A stretch of 64,000 nucleotides of DNA, from NCBI GenBank assembly GCA_030697825.1, contig JAUYOW010000146.1:5978-69977 (forward strand), read 5' to 3'. Source of the DNA: Gemmatimonadales bacterium (lineage in GTDB: Bacteria; Gemmatimonadota; Gemmatimonadetes; Gemmatimonadales; JACORV01). The notes beneath the pieces are model-generated. The model was not told where the DNA came from and ran no database searches. It saw only the letters and a program-made list of their open reading frames with translations. Both the position numbers and the translations under genes were made by a program. The first letter of the stretch is position 1, and each line of letters begins with the position of its first letter. Positions 1-8,934 of this stretch are shown here, one piece after another.

Positions 1-2007
1 GGCGGTGAACGCCTTGGGTCTGAGCGGTATGGGAATGGCTCGTTCGGGCATGCCCTGGCTCAAGAGCAGCTCACGCGCCTGGCGCCTGAGCTCGAGCAGT
101 AACGGGCCCTCGAGTATCAGTGACCGGTCGTCCCAGCCCGGACCGAGGTATTGCTGCCCGACCCCCATCCCCGTGAGGATCGCTTCGCCGCGATACGGAT
201 CATCCTCGGTCACGTCCCGGAACGCGATCTTGCGGTGATCGCGCATGATGTCGTCCGGGTAGCCGAACACGCTCGATATCAGTCCGCCGCCCCAGAACGA
301 CGCGTCGGGGCGGTTGGTGATGTTGACGTGGACCTTGATCCGGTTGTGCAGCCAGCCCTCGCCGTATTCCCTCGCCTCGGCCTGCAACACCCGGGAACGG
401 TCCACGGCCCGGCGCAGCCGGTGCAGCGCGCTGTCCAGGTGGGCGACCTGCCGCGGCTGTGCTTGGCCCAGACTCGGCGAGGCGCGGAGCGGATCCTCCA
501 GAATGCTCATGAGAATGTGCGAGCGGCGCTGCTCGTAGTAGTGCTGGTCCAGGAAGACGAAGAACGACGGCAGAGTGCCGGTCGAGTCGTACGCCTCCAC
601 CCGGTCCGCCAGCGCCGCCAGGTAGCCGTCCACTACCTGAGCGAACGCAGCCGTGTCGAGCCCGCCATCCGTTATCGCCGGAAAGTCGTGGATCCAGAGC
701 ACGTGGTAGTCGCGTGTCTGCCGGATCATCCGCAGCAGCTCCTCGTGGAATCCCAGGTTGGCGACGTAGGAGAGGCGGTTGCGGTCGGTGAATCGCACGC
801 CGGTGGCGCGCTCGATGAGCGCGTCCAGCTCGGCCTGCTCGTCGTGCTCCTCGGGAAGCAGCGCATACTGGAGCGGCAGCCATACCAGCCGCGGATCATC
901 CCATTCCCGTGACGCTCGGCCGCGGATCTCTTCGAGTATCTCGGTCAGGCGCTGGAATACGAACAGCACGGCCTCGGTGCGGTTTTCCGCGACCAGGCCC
1001 GGCGTCGTGACCAGCCGGCCGAAGCGCCCACGGGCCGCGAGACTCAGGTCACTGAGGTTGTCCCGGCGCCGTTGGCGGCCCAACAGGGCGTCGTATGGAA
1101 GGAGCACCTCCGCGAGTACGACCTCGCGGCTGAGCCGGGCGAGCTCGCGGCCGGTCGCTGGGTCCCCGGACGCGAGGGCGAAGGCGCGTTCGACCTCCGC
1201 ATGGAAATGGCGGACTTCCTGCTCGGCGCTTCTGGCGGCAAGGTGCCCGCGCATCTCGGCCAGGTATCGCCTGGTCCTGGCCACCGCAACGGCGGCGCGG
1301 CGGCCGTCCTGGTCCAGGAACGGCGCGACTGTCCGCCCGATCCACTCCGCGGAGATCCGAATACCCTCCAGCGCCGCCGCGAGCTCCGGATCGTCCGACC
1401 GGTGGTCGGCCGGCATCCGAAGAGCGCCCGACACCACCACATGACTTCGGACCGGCCGTCCTCTGCCGGCGAGGGGATCGCGGAGCGGCGCGGAGACTCC
1501 GAGCAGAAAGGAGTGGCTCGACAGCGGGTACCAGTCCATGCGTAGCCGCGTACCGCGCGTGAGCAGGCCTCCGCGGCGCACCGGCGTGTGGGAGGTGACC
1601 AGCATATCGACGCTGCCGGTGCGCAGGTTGTACTCCGCTCCGATCCCCGTGCTCAAGTACGGCACTTGCAGCATCCCCCGCACTCCGCCCTCAGGCCGGC
1701 CACGGCGCACGCCGCCCCAGGCCTCTACGCCGACTTCGGCCATTCCGGTGACAGGGTTCAACAGCGAGCGCAACGCTCCGGCTTGGGCACGGGCCAGCAC
1801 GTCGTCGGATGGACCGTCCAGCCAACCACCGGCGCTGACACCCGCTTGCCAGCGCCAGAGTCTGGGCTGGCCGAGCGACGCAGTGCGGCCGCCGGCCTCC
1901 AGCGGGATGGGAACCTGCGAGTACAGTTTGGACGCCGACCAACGGCATGTCGCGGAAAGCGCGACAAGGAATGAAGTGACGACGCGGTGGCCGGTGCGGA
2001 CGCTCAC
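1..2007 (-). CDS. hypothetical protein, partial (C-terminal end lies beyond the left window edge); signal-peptide-like N-terminus
   Basis: Hand scan: the minus frame using plus triplets 1-3, 4-6, ... has no stop (tta/cta/tca) from 1 up to 2145. A GTG at 2007..2005 is followed by the hydrophobic stretch VVTSFLVALSA. The translation is non-repetitive and protein-like (..HDFPAITDGGLDTAAFAQVVDGYLAALADRVEAYDSTG..). It is absent from the ORF track because it has no in-window stop. No family recognised; start uncertain (TTG at 2064 also possible). Confidence 0.6.
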   Translation of the reverse strand, partial: MSVRTGHRVVTSFLVALSATCRWSASKLYSQVPIPLEAGGRTASLGQPRLWRWQAGVSAGGWLDGPSDDVLARAQAGALRSLLNPVTGMAEVGVEAWGGVRRGRPEGGVRGMLQVPYLSTGIGAEYNLRTGSVDMLVTSHTPVRRGGLLTRGTRLRMDWYPLSSHSFLLGVSAPLRDPLAGRGRPVRSHVVVSGALRMPADHRSDDPELAAALEGIRISAEWIGRTVAPFLDQDGRRAAVAVARTRRYLAEMRGHLAARSAEQEVRHFHAEVERAFALASGDPATGRELARLSREVVLAEVLLPYDALLGRQRRRDNLSDLSLAARGRFGRLVTTPGLVAENRTEAVLFVFQRLTEILEEIRGRASREWDDPRLVWLPLQYALLPEEHDEQAELDALIERATGVRFTDRNRLSYVANLGFHEELLRMIRQTRDYHVLWIHDFPAITDGGLDTAAFAQVVDGYLAALADRVEAYDSTGTLPSFFVFLDQHYYEQRRSHILMSILEDPLRASPSLGQAQPRQVAHLDSALHRLRRAVDRSRVLQAEAREYGEGWLHNRIKVHVNITNRPDASFWGGGLISSVFGYPDDIMRDHRKIAFRDVTEDDPYRGEAILTGMGVGQQYLGPGWDDRSLILEGPLLLELRRQARELLLSQGMPERAIPIPLRPKAFTA

Positions 2008-2220
2008 AAAGACTCGGTCGCGGGAGGTTAGGGTAGAGTTATCGTCTGACTCGTGCCTCGGCAAGCTGAACTGGCGTTCGCTTCTCGGTATCCGGGGCTT
2101 CCAGCCGAGCCCTGGTCGCCTGCTGGCGGCCCCCGCCAAGTAGGCCTAGATTGGGCGCTTAGGCGAAACTTTCGGGGGTTGGGGCCGTTGTGATGCGGGG
2201 CTCGGGCCGAGTTTGGGTTT

Positions 2221-2250
2221 CTACACCCTACACCCCACACCCTACACCCT
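2221..2250 (+). repeat. tandem heptamer repeat (CTACACC)x4; four C3-4 tracts, giving a G-quadruplex motif on the opposite strand
   Basis: Sequence is ctacaccctacaccccacaccctacaccct followed by gttttc. It lies 47 nt upstream of the ATG at 2297. A near-identical motif in the same orientation relative to its downstream gene occurs at 48389-48412. Confidence 0.8.
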
Positions 2251-2296
2251 GTTTTCAGGAGCCGTCTCCATCAGCGGTCCGGAAATCCTCATCCCG

Positions 2297-2566
2297 ATGT
2301 CGTTCTTCCTCGTCGCGGGGAGCGTGGGGTTCTCGTTCTCGCCCATCGGCCGCGCCATCGCCCGCCGGCTGGGCGGCGCCGGGCCGGACGGCGAGGCCCA
2401 GCGAGAGGTCGCTGCGCTCCGCGAGGAAGTGGATCAGTTGCGTGGCGAGCTGGCGGAGATGCAGGGACGCGTCGCTGAGCTGGACGACCTGCACAACCGC
2501 CTCGACTTCGCCGAGCGGCTCATTGCCCAGGTGAAGACGAAGGGCGCCTTGCCGGGGGAGAAGTAA
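2297..2566 (+). CDS. small membrane protein with C-terminal coiled coil (paralogue 1 of 3); PspB-like architecture
   Basis: Same frame as track ORF 2213..2566, with the ATG at 2297. Hydrophobic N-terminus FFLVAGSVGFSFSPIGRAIARRL, heptad-like middle region, and the conserved C-terminal motif RLDFAERLIAQVKTKGALPG shared with the next two genes. Confidence 0.65.
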   Translation: MSFFLVAGSVGFSFSPIGRAIARRLGGAGPDGEAQREVAALREEVDQLRGELAEMQGRVAELDDLHNRLDFAERLIAQVKTKGALPGEK

Positions 2567-2568
2567 GG

Positions 2569-2859
2569 ATGCCGGTCGAGATGGTCGTCCAGGAAGTCCT
2601 GACGGCACTGATCGTGGGCGCGACCTTTGTCGGCCTCGCGTTCAGCCCGCTCGCCCGCGCGCTCGGCAACCGCATCATGCACGGTAAGGTTCAGCTGCGG
2701 GGCGCCGGCAGTGACGATCCGCGGGTGGACGAGCTGGCGGACGAGGTGTCGGTGTTGCGTCGCCAGATCGGCGACATGCACGAGCGCCTCGACTTCGCGG
2801 AGCGGATGCTCGCGCAGGCGCGCGACAAAGGCGCACTCGGCCCGGGAATGGAGCGCTAG
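2569..2859 (+). CDS. small membrane protein with C-terminal coiled coil (paralogue 2 of 3)
   Basis: Track ORF. TM segment LTALIVGATFVGLAFSPLARAL; motif RLDFAERMLAQARDKGALGPG. It starts 2 nt after the stop of paralogue 1. Confidence 0.75.
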   Translation: MPVEMVVQEVLTALIVGATFVGLAFSPLARALGNRIMHGKVQLRGAGSDDPRVDELADEVSVLRRQIGDMHERLDFAERMLAQARDKGALGPGMER

Positions 2860-2860
2860 C

Positions 2861-3214
2861 GTGCAGACGCCGGCCCCCCAGCTCCCGCCCATGCCGCCGA
2901 TGCCGCCGGAGTTCCACGGGATCATGACGGGGGACGACATCGTCACGATCGTGTTCTTCTCGCTGATGGGAGCCGCGGTCATGGTGTGGCTGGTCGCGCG
3001 CGGACCGATCGGGCACGCCATCGGCGAGGTCATCAAGCGGTGGCTCGGCGGCAGCCGTCAGGACGTGGGACAGCTCGACGACCTCAACCACCGGCTGGAC
3101 GCGATGCAGCACCAGCTTGGCGACCTGGCCGAACGGCAGGACTTCGCCGAGCGGCTGCTGGCCCAGGTGCGCCGCGACAAGGCCCTCCCTGGCGCATCGG
3201 ACGTTGTCGGGTGA
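2861..3214 (+). CDS. small membrane protein with C-terminal coiled coil (paralogue 3 of 3)
   Basis: Tail of track ORF 2627..3214. The GTG at 2861 is preceded by ggag, and an in-frame ATG at 2891 is an alternative start. TM segment IVTIVFFSLMGAAVMVWLVA; motif RQDFAERLLAQVRRDKALPG. Confidence 0.7.
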   Translation: MQTPAPQLPPMPPMPPEFHGIMTGDDIVTIVFFSLMGAAVMVWLVARGPIGHAIGEVIKRWLGGSRQDVGQLDDLNHRLDAMQHQLGDLAERQDFAERLLAQVRRDKALPGASDVVG

Positions 3215-3262
3215 AATATTCAGGCACGGCGGCGCGTACGGGCCTTACCGGAAGGAGCAGTC

Positions 3263-3658
3263 ATGGTCACACGTGAAGACTTGGAGAGCTTCATCGCTCG
3301 CCTCGAGACCGATGGCGTGCATTCGCGCGAGGTCGAGCCCGGTCTCTGGGTGCTCACCCAGAACAGTGACGGGCCGGAGGTGGTGGTCCACTTCAACCCG
3401 CCGGTCGCGGTGCTGCGGGTGAAGGTGATGGAGCTTTCCCCCAAGCAGCAGAAGGCCGAGCTGTTCCGGCACCTCCTCGAGCTGAACGCGACGGACATCG
3501 TGCACGGGTCGTACGGGATCGACGGCAGCAACGTCGTCCTTTCCGACACGCTCGAGCTGCAGAACCTCGACTTCAACGAGTTCCAGGCCAGCTACGACTC
3601 GATGATGCTGGCGCTGGCGTCGCACCTCGCGACGCTTGCCCCTTTCCGCCAGGCGTGA
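3263..3658 (+). CDS. YbjN / type III chaperone-like small cytosolic protein
   Basis: Track ORF with a strong RBS (aaggag 8 nt upstream). The 131-aa acidic protein has the pattern ..LLELNATDIVHGSYGIDGSNVVLSDTLELQNLDFNEF.. typical of the YbjN/CesT-like fold. Family assignment is from memory only. Confidence 0.6.
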   Translation: MVTREDLESFIARLETDGVHSREVEPGLWVLTQNSDGPEVVVHFNPPVAVLRVKVMELSPKQQKAELFRHLLELNATDIVHGSYGIDGSNVVLSDTLELQNLDFNEFQASYDSMMLALASHLATLAPFRQA

Positions 3659-3664
3659 GGCGTC

Positions 3665-4450
<786 letters not shown>

Positions 4451-4456
4451 GCGACG

Positions 4457-5581
4457 GTGACGGACGCCGTCCCCTCCACCAGGCGGGCGGTGCCCTTAGT
4501 GCTGGTTCTCCTCGCCGCCGCGGTCCTGCTGCTGCTCTACCGCATCGCGGAACTGATCCTCATCGCCTTCATCGCGGCGCTGATCGCCGTGTATCTGGGC
4601 GGGATAATGGACATCCTGTGCCGGCGCCTGCGGCTGCCGCGGGGGCCGGCGCTGTTTCTCGCCCTGTTCCTGACGCTCGCCGCGCTGTCGGGGATCGGCG
4701 TCCTACTCGCCCCTGCCGTGGCGCAGCAGACCCAGGACCTCATCGCAGCCATTCCGCGTTACCTGACCGAGCTGGACCAGATGCTGCGCGGCCTCGCCGC
4801 GCGCTACCCGCTCTTGAGGCGCACCGGCATCGCCTCCACCGAGTCCGGTCTCGTCACCACGCTCCTCACCGAAACGATGGAGTTCCTGCGCCGCGGCGTG
4901 GTGGGCTACGCCACCGCCACCGGCAAGCTCGTCATTGACGGCATCGCCGTGATGGTCATGGCACTCTACCTGGCCTACCGGCCGTCGCTCTACGCCGACG
5001 GGGTCGTCGCCTTGGCGCCGCCCCGGCACCGCAAGACGGCGCGCGCCATTCTCGCCGACTTGGGCCTGACGCTGCGCGCCTGGGTGGGCGCCCAGCTCCT
5101 CGCCATGGTCGTGCTCGCCCTGTTCACCGGCCTCGGGCTGTGGCTGCTCGACGTCCCGTATTGGCTGGCGTTCAGCATCTTCACCGGTGTCCTCGTGATG
5201 GTGCCGTTCTTCGGCACGCTCGTCTCCACGGTCCTCCCGGCGCTACTCGTTCTGGGAGATCGGGGCGTGCTGCCCGCCCTCGCGGTAGCGTCGGTGGGCG
5301 TGATCGTCCACGTGATCGAGGCCAACCTCGTCCACCCGATCATCATGCAGCACCGGGTGGCGCTCCCGCCGGTGCTCACCATTCTGAGCGTGCTGGTGAT
5401 GGCCAAGATGGGCGGCGTGCTGGGCCTGCTCGTGGCGGTGCCGACTCTCGCCACTGTCATGGTTCTGACCCGGCACATCCTCATTTTCCAGGTTTACAAT
5501 GAAAGCCCCGCGGGTGGGACTCCACACCCGCCCGCGGTCTTGAGGCCGAGCCGCGAAGTGCAGGCTGCAACACCCCCCTGA
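4457..5581 (+). CDS. AI-2E family transporter (PerM/UPF0118)
   Basis: 374-aa polytopic membrane protein. Typical AI-2E features are present (..LYLAYRP.., ..WLDVPYWLAFSIFTGVLVMVPFFG.., ..EANLVHPIIM..). Confidence 0.85.
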   Translation: MTDAVPSTRRAVPLVLVLLAAAVLLLLYRIAELILIAFIAALIAVYLGGIMDILCRRLRLPRGPALFLALFLTLAALSGIGVLLAPAVAQQTQDLIAAIPRYLTELDQMLRGLAARYPLLRRTGIASTESGLVTTLLTETMEFLRRGVVGYATATGKLVIDGIAVMVMALYLAYRPSLYADGVVALAPPRHRKTARAILADLGLTLRAWVGAQLLAMVVLALFTGLGLWLLDVPYWLAFSIFTGVLVMVPFFGTLVSTVLPALLVLGDRGVLPALAVASVGVIVHVIEANLVHPIIMQHRVALPPVLTILSVLVMAKMGGVLGLLVAVPTLATVMVLTRHILIFQVYNESPAGGTPHPPAVLRPSREVQAATPP

Positions 5582-5604
5582 CAACCGACACCCGGCACAT
5601 TTGG

Positions 5605-6672
5605 ATGCTCGACCCCAGGTACCTGATCATCGCCGAAGGCGCCTTCGGCCCTGAGACGTCGAAGACCGCCAACTCCGCCGTGCGCTATCTCCCGGAGCGC
5701 ATCGTCGGAGTTCTGGACAGCGCGGCCGGCGGCCGCACCTGTCAGGAGGTGCTCGGGTTCGGCGGCGGGATCCCTGTAGTGCGGACCATCGACGAAGGGT
5801 TCGCCCTCGGCCCCTCGGCGGTCCTGATCGGGATCGCGCCGGCCGGCGGCCGGCTGCCGCCGGAGTGGCGGGCGTGGATCCTCGCCTCCATCGACCGGGG
5901 GCTGGACGTCTGGAGCGGTCTCCACACCTATCTCACCGACGACGCCGAGCTCGCGGCGCGGGCCGCCTCGAAGGGCGTGACGCTTAAGGACCTGCGCAAA
6001 CCGCCGCCGAAGCTCCCGGTGTCCGACGGCAGGGCCAAGGGGGTGAGCGCGCTCGTCGTCCTGTCGGTGGGAAGCGACTGCAACGTCGGGAAGATGACCG
6101 CGCAGCTCCAACTGGTGCGCGGGCTCGAGGCGCGGGGGCTCCGGACGCGCTTCGCGGCCACCGGGCAGACGGGCATCCTGATAGCAGGATGGGGAATCGC
6201 GGTGGACGCGGTGGTCGCCGACTTCATCGGGGGCGCGGCTGAACAGCTGGTCCTCGAAGCCGCGAACGGAGCGGACGTGGTGCTGGTCGAGGGCCAGGGG
6301 AGCCTCATTCACCCGGGCTACTCGGGCGTGACGCTCGGTCTGCTCCATGGCTCGTGCCCGAAGGCGATGGTGCTCTGCCATCAGAGTTCGCGCGAGTTCA
6401 TCGGCGACTACAGCGGCCGCACACCGTGGCTGCGGATCCCTCCCTTGAGTGAATTGGTGCGCATCTACGAGTCCGCGGCGGCGCCGGTCCAACCATCCAA
6501 GGTGGTCGCCATCGCGCTCAACACGTACGACCTCTCGGACGCCGAGGCGAGGGCCGCGGTGGCGCGCGCCGCGGCCGACACGGGTCTTCCGGCGACCGAT
6601 CCCGTTCGCTTCGATGCGGCGCCGCTGGTTGACGCGATCGCAGCATTCGCGAGGAGCCTGCCCTCCGCGTAA
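5605..6672 (+). CDS. DUF1611 domain protein (DgcN-like, P-loop-related)
   Basis: Motifs VGSDCNVGKMT and LVEGQGSLIHPGYSGVTLGLLHG are characteristic of the DUF1611 family. Confidence 0.8.
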   Translation: MLDPRYLIIAEGAFGPETSKTANSAVRYLPERIVGVLDSAAGGRTCQEVLGFGGGIPVVRTIDEGFALGPSAVLIGIAPAGGRLPPEWRAWILASIDRGLDVWSGLHTYLTDDAELAARAASKGVTLKDLRKPPPKLPVSDGRAKGVSALVVLSVGSDCNVGKMTAQLQLVRGLEARGLRTRFAATGQTGILIAGWGIAVDAVVADFIGGAAEQLVLEAANGADVVLVEGQGSLIHPGYSGVTLGLLHGSCPKAMVLCHQSSREFIGDYSGRTPWLRIPPLSELVRIYESAAAPVQPSKVVAIALNTYDLSDAEARAAVARAAADTGLPATDPVRFDAAPLVDAIAAFARSLPSA

Positions 6673-6673
6673 A

Positions 6674-6697
6674 ACCGCGCCGAAGTGCGGTGTTTTC
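6674..6697 (+). terminator. putative intrinsic terminator after the DUF1611 gene
   Basis: The sequence accgc-gccgaagt-gcggt is followed by gttttc, immediately after the TAA at 6670-6672. The stem is short (5 bp). Confidence 0.4.
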
Positions 6698-6807
6698 GAT
6701 ACCATGCTTTTTCATGACGCTGCTATGTTCGCGCCGCCTCGGAAAACCGGGGCGGCGCGGTGCTTTTCCGCGCCGGTTCTTCCACCTCCGCAACAAGGAG
6801 TCGGCGG

Positions 6808-7107
6808 ATGGGCATCGCAGAGCGGGTACTCGTGTTGGTGGTGGATGGGCCGGTGCGGTTGGCCGCGCGGATCCTGGCTGAGCGCTATCCCGAGGTGTTG
6901 AGCGACGGAGGCTCGCTGAGCGTGGTCATCGACGGACGGGAGACGCCCGAGGGCGTCTTCGCCTTCTGTCGGGAGCGGCGTATCAGCGTGAAGGCCTCCT
7001 GCGTCCTTTCGAGGGTCGCAGCGCATCGCACCGCGGCGGGCGCCTTGCCTACGTCGTCGCCGTTCGGCGCGACGAACCATCCATCTTCTCAGGAGGCATG
7101 GCAATGA
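6808..7107 (+). CDS. hypothetical small protein
   Basis: In-frame ATG at 6808 within track ORF 6760..7107, preceded by aaggag. The N-terminal two-thirds looks globular and the tail is low-complexity. Confidence 0.45.
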   Translation: MGIAERVLVLVVDGPVRLAARILAERYPEVLSDGGSLSVVIDGRETPEGVFAFCRERRISVKASCVLSRVAAHRTAAGALPTSSPFGATNHPSSQEAWQ

Positions 7108-7916
7108 AGAAGGCAGGCATCATGGCGGCCGCGGTGGGCGGGGTGCTCGTCACACTGGCGGTGATCGCGGGCTGCGGGAGGGACATCGGCGGCTCGGCCA
7201 CCGACGTGACCGGGGCCGGAAGCACTCTGACCAATGGATCGAGGATCCGTGGCAGTGTCGTGGAGCAGGTGAGTGCCCTGGTTCCGACGGTATCGTATCG
7301 ACCGGAACCGACCCGGCGCGACTTCTTGGCGGTCGTGCGCAATGGTCAGGCCACGCTCGATGGCGGCGCCATCGCGGTCAGTCGAGGCCTGGCACGAGGG
7401 ACGAGCGACGTGGAGTTCACGGATCGGGAGGGGCGGCACGCGAGGCTGGTGGCCCGCTCGTCCGCTCCGGGCCGGCCGGCCGAAGGGTTCCAGGTGTACC
7501 GGGACGGGCAGCTACTGGTGGACGTCGCGTTTCAGTGGCAGAATCTCAACGGTGCCTGGGTGCTCGGCCAGCGTACCCTCACCGTGTACGATCACGGGCA
7601 GGCGATGCTGCGCCATACCCGGGCTGTGGACGGAGCGACACTGGCGAGTGCTCAGGTCGGCGTACCCCGCTTTGACGGGCAGCGGTCGCTGCTGTCGATC
7701 CTGTTGCCCCAGCGCCTCGAGGCGCAGTGGTATCGTTGCCTGGGCGAGGCCACAATGACCGTCGTGGCCGCGGGGGTCGCGGGTGCCGCAACGGCCGCGT
7801 TCATAGCTGCTCCCAGCCCTGTCACCGCCGCAGCCGTGGCCACCGCGATCGCGTTTTACGACAAGACCATGGACGCGTATCTTGACTGCGTCTACGAGAT
7901 GCCTTCGGACGGGTAG
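7098..7916 (+). CDS. hypothetical lipoprotein
   Basis: The signal peptide plus lipobox reads MKKAGIMAAAVGGVLVTLAVIAGC. aggagg lies at 7091-7096, so the ATG at 7104 is the better-spaced start. Confidence 0.65.
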   Translation: MAMKKAGIMAAAVGGVLVTLAVIAGCGRDIGGSATDVTGAGSTLTNGSRIRGSVVEQVSALVPTVSYRPEPTRRDFLAVVRNGQATLDGGAIAVSRGLARGTSDVEFTDREGRHARLVARSSAPGRPAEGFQVYRDGQLLVDVAFQWQNLNGAWVLGQRTLTVYDHGQAMLRHTRAVDGATLASAQVGVPRFDGQRSLLSILLPQRLEAQWYRCLGEATMTVVAAGVAGAATAAFIAAPSPVTAAAVATAIAFYDKTMDAYLDCVYEMPSDG

Positions 7917-7933
7917 ACTGGGGGGTAGGAACG

Positions 7934-8266
7934 ATGGACAAGAACCTTCTAATCAACGTCGGACTGCTTTCGCTCGGTGGGGCCTTGTTCGGCTATACGC
8001 TGTTTCAGATCGCGGCCCGGCGGATCTCCGCTCGGCAGATCGGCGCTTCTGTCAGCGTGAGTCTGGGCGCGATCCTCGTCGGCTTCTCGTTCATGCCGCA
8101 GTCCGGGGAAGCGGGCACGCTCGTGGGTCTGGCGGGGGCCGTCTGCTTGATTTCGGGATCCCTGCTTACCGTGAGGACGCTGCGCCGCGGGGCGCCGCAG
8201 CTCCCGCCGTCGGAGACCGGCCGCAACGAACTCCCGCGCGGGGACCGGCCGACGCTGGACGGTTGA
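7934..8266 (+). CDS. hypothetical small membrane protein (3 predicted TM segments)
   Basis: Track ORF with hydrophobic segments LLINVGLLSLGGALFGYTLF, VSLGAILVGFSF and LVGLAGAVCLISGSLL. Confidence 0.55.
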   Translation: MDKNLLINVGLLSLGGALFGYTLFQIAARRISARQIGASVSVSLGAILVGFSFMPQSGEAGTLVGLAGAVCLISGSLLTVRTLRRGAPQLPPSETGRNELPRGDRPTLDG

Positions 8267-8301
8267 CCCTGTCCGACGCCACCGGCTAGCTTGGCTGGCC
8301 T

Positions 8302-8931
8302 GTGGTCACCCGCGTGATGTCGATGATGAGAGCGCCCACCGCGGACCCCTGGTCCGCGGTGCGGCGCTTCTTCGTCCGCCTGCTGCACGGCGACGATCTC
8401 CTGGTCGCGCTGCTCCAGGTCGCCGTCATACTCGGCTTTGCGTTGCTCAGCAATCGCATCCTGAAGAGAGTAGCGCGGCGCATCGTCCAGCGCGCCGACG
8501 ACGGCGACCCTAACACGCTGACCGAGCGGGAGCAGCGCGCGCAGACCTTCGCCCAGCTCCTGACGTACACCGGCAACATCGTCATCGGCCTCGCCGCGGT
8601 CCTCGCGATCCTCAGCATCTTCATCGACATCCGTCCGATCCTCGCCGGCGCGGGTGTGGTGGGCCTCGCCGTGGCGGTGGGCGGCCAGACCATCGTGCGC
8701 GATTTCATCACCGGGTTCTTCCTGCTCACCGAGCAGCAGTTCGCGGTGGGTGACCGAGTTCGGATCGGCACGGTCGAAGGCGTGGTGCACCGCATCACCC
8801 TTCGCATGGTGGTGCTCAGGGGCGACGACGGGGCGCTGCACTATGTCGCGAACGGATCGATAAGCGCGGTGAGCAACCTGTCGCATGCGCGGACCGGCGG
8901 GGCGAAACCGCCGGCCGCGGCGGGTCGTTAG
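8302..8931 (+). CDS. mechanosensitive ion channel (MscS family), short form
   Basis: The pore-helix and beta-domain signature is present (GLAVAVGGQTIVRDFITGFFLLTEQQFAVGDRVRIGTVEGVVHRITLR). It is only 209 aa, so the usual C-terminal alpha/beta domain appears to be missing. Confidence 0.75.
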   Translation: MVTRVMSMMRAPTADPWSAVRRFFVRLLHGDDLLVALLQVAVILGFALLSNRILKRVARRIVQRADDGDPNTLTEREQRAQTFAQLLTYTGNIVIGLAAVLAILSIFIDIRPILAGAGVVGLAVAVGGQTIVRDFITGFFLLTEQQFAVGDRVRIGTVEGVVHRITLRMVVLRGDDGALHYVANGSISAVSNLSHARTGGAKPPAAAGR

Positions 8932-8934
8932 GCG

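Noticed and set aside
2221-2250. Whether the short tandem repeats (2221-2250, 40844-40920, 44825-44932, 48389-48412, 56126-56157) are CRISPR arrays or telomere-like ends
   Set aside because: The units are 7-9 bp with no unique spacers, each array is under 110 bp, and no cas genes are nearby. All lie inside a contiguous chromosome between housekeeping genes.
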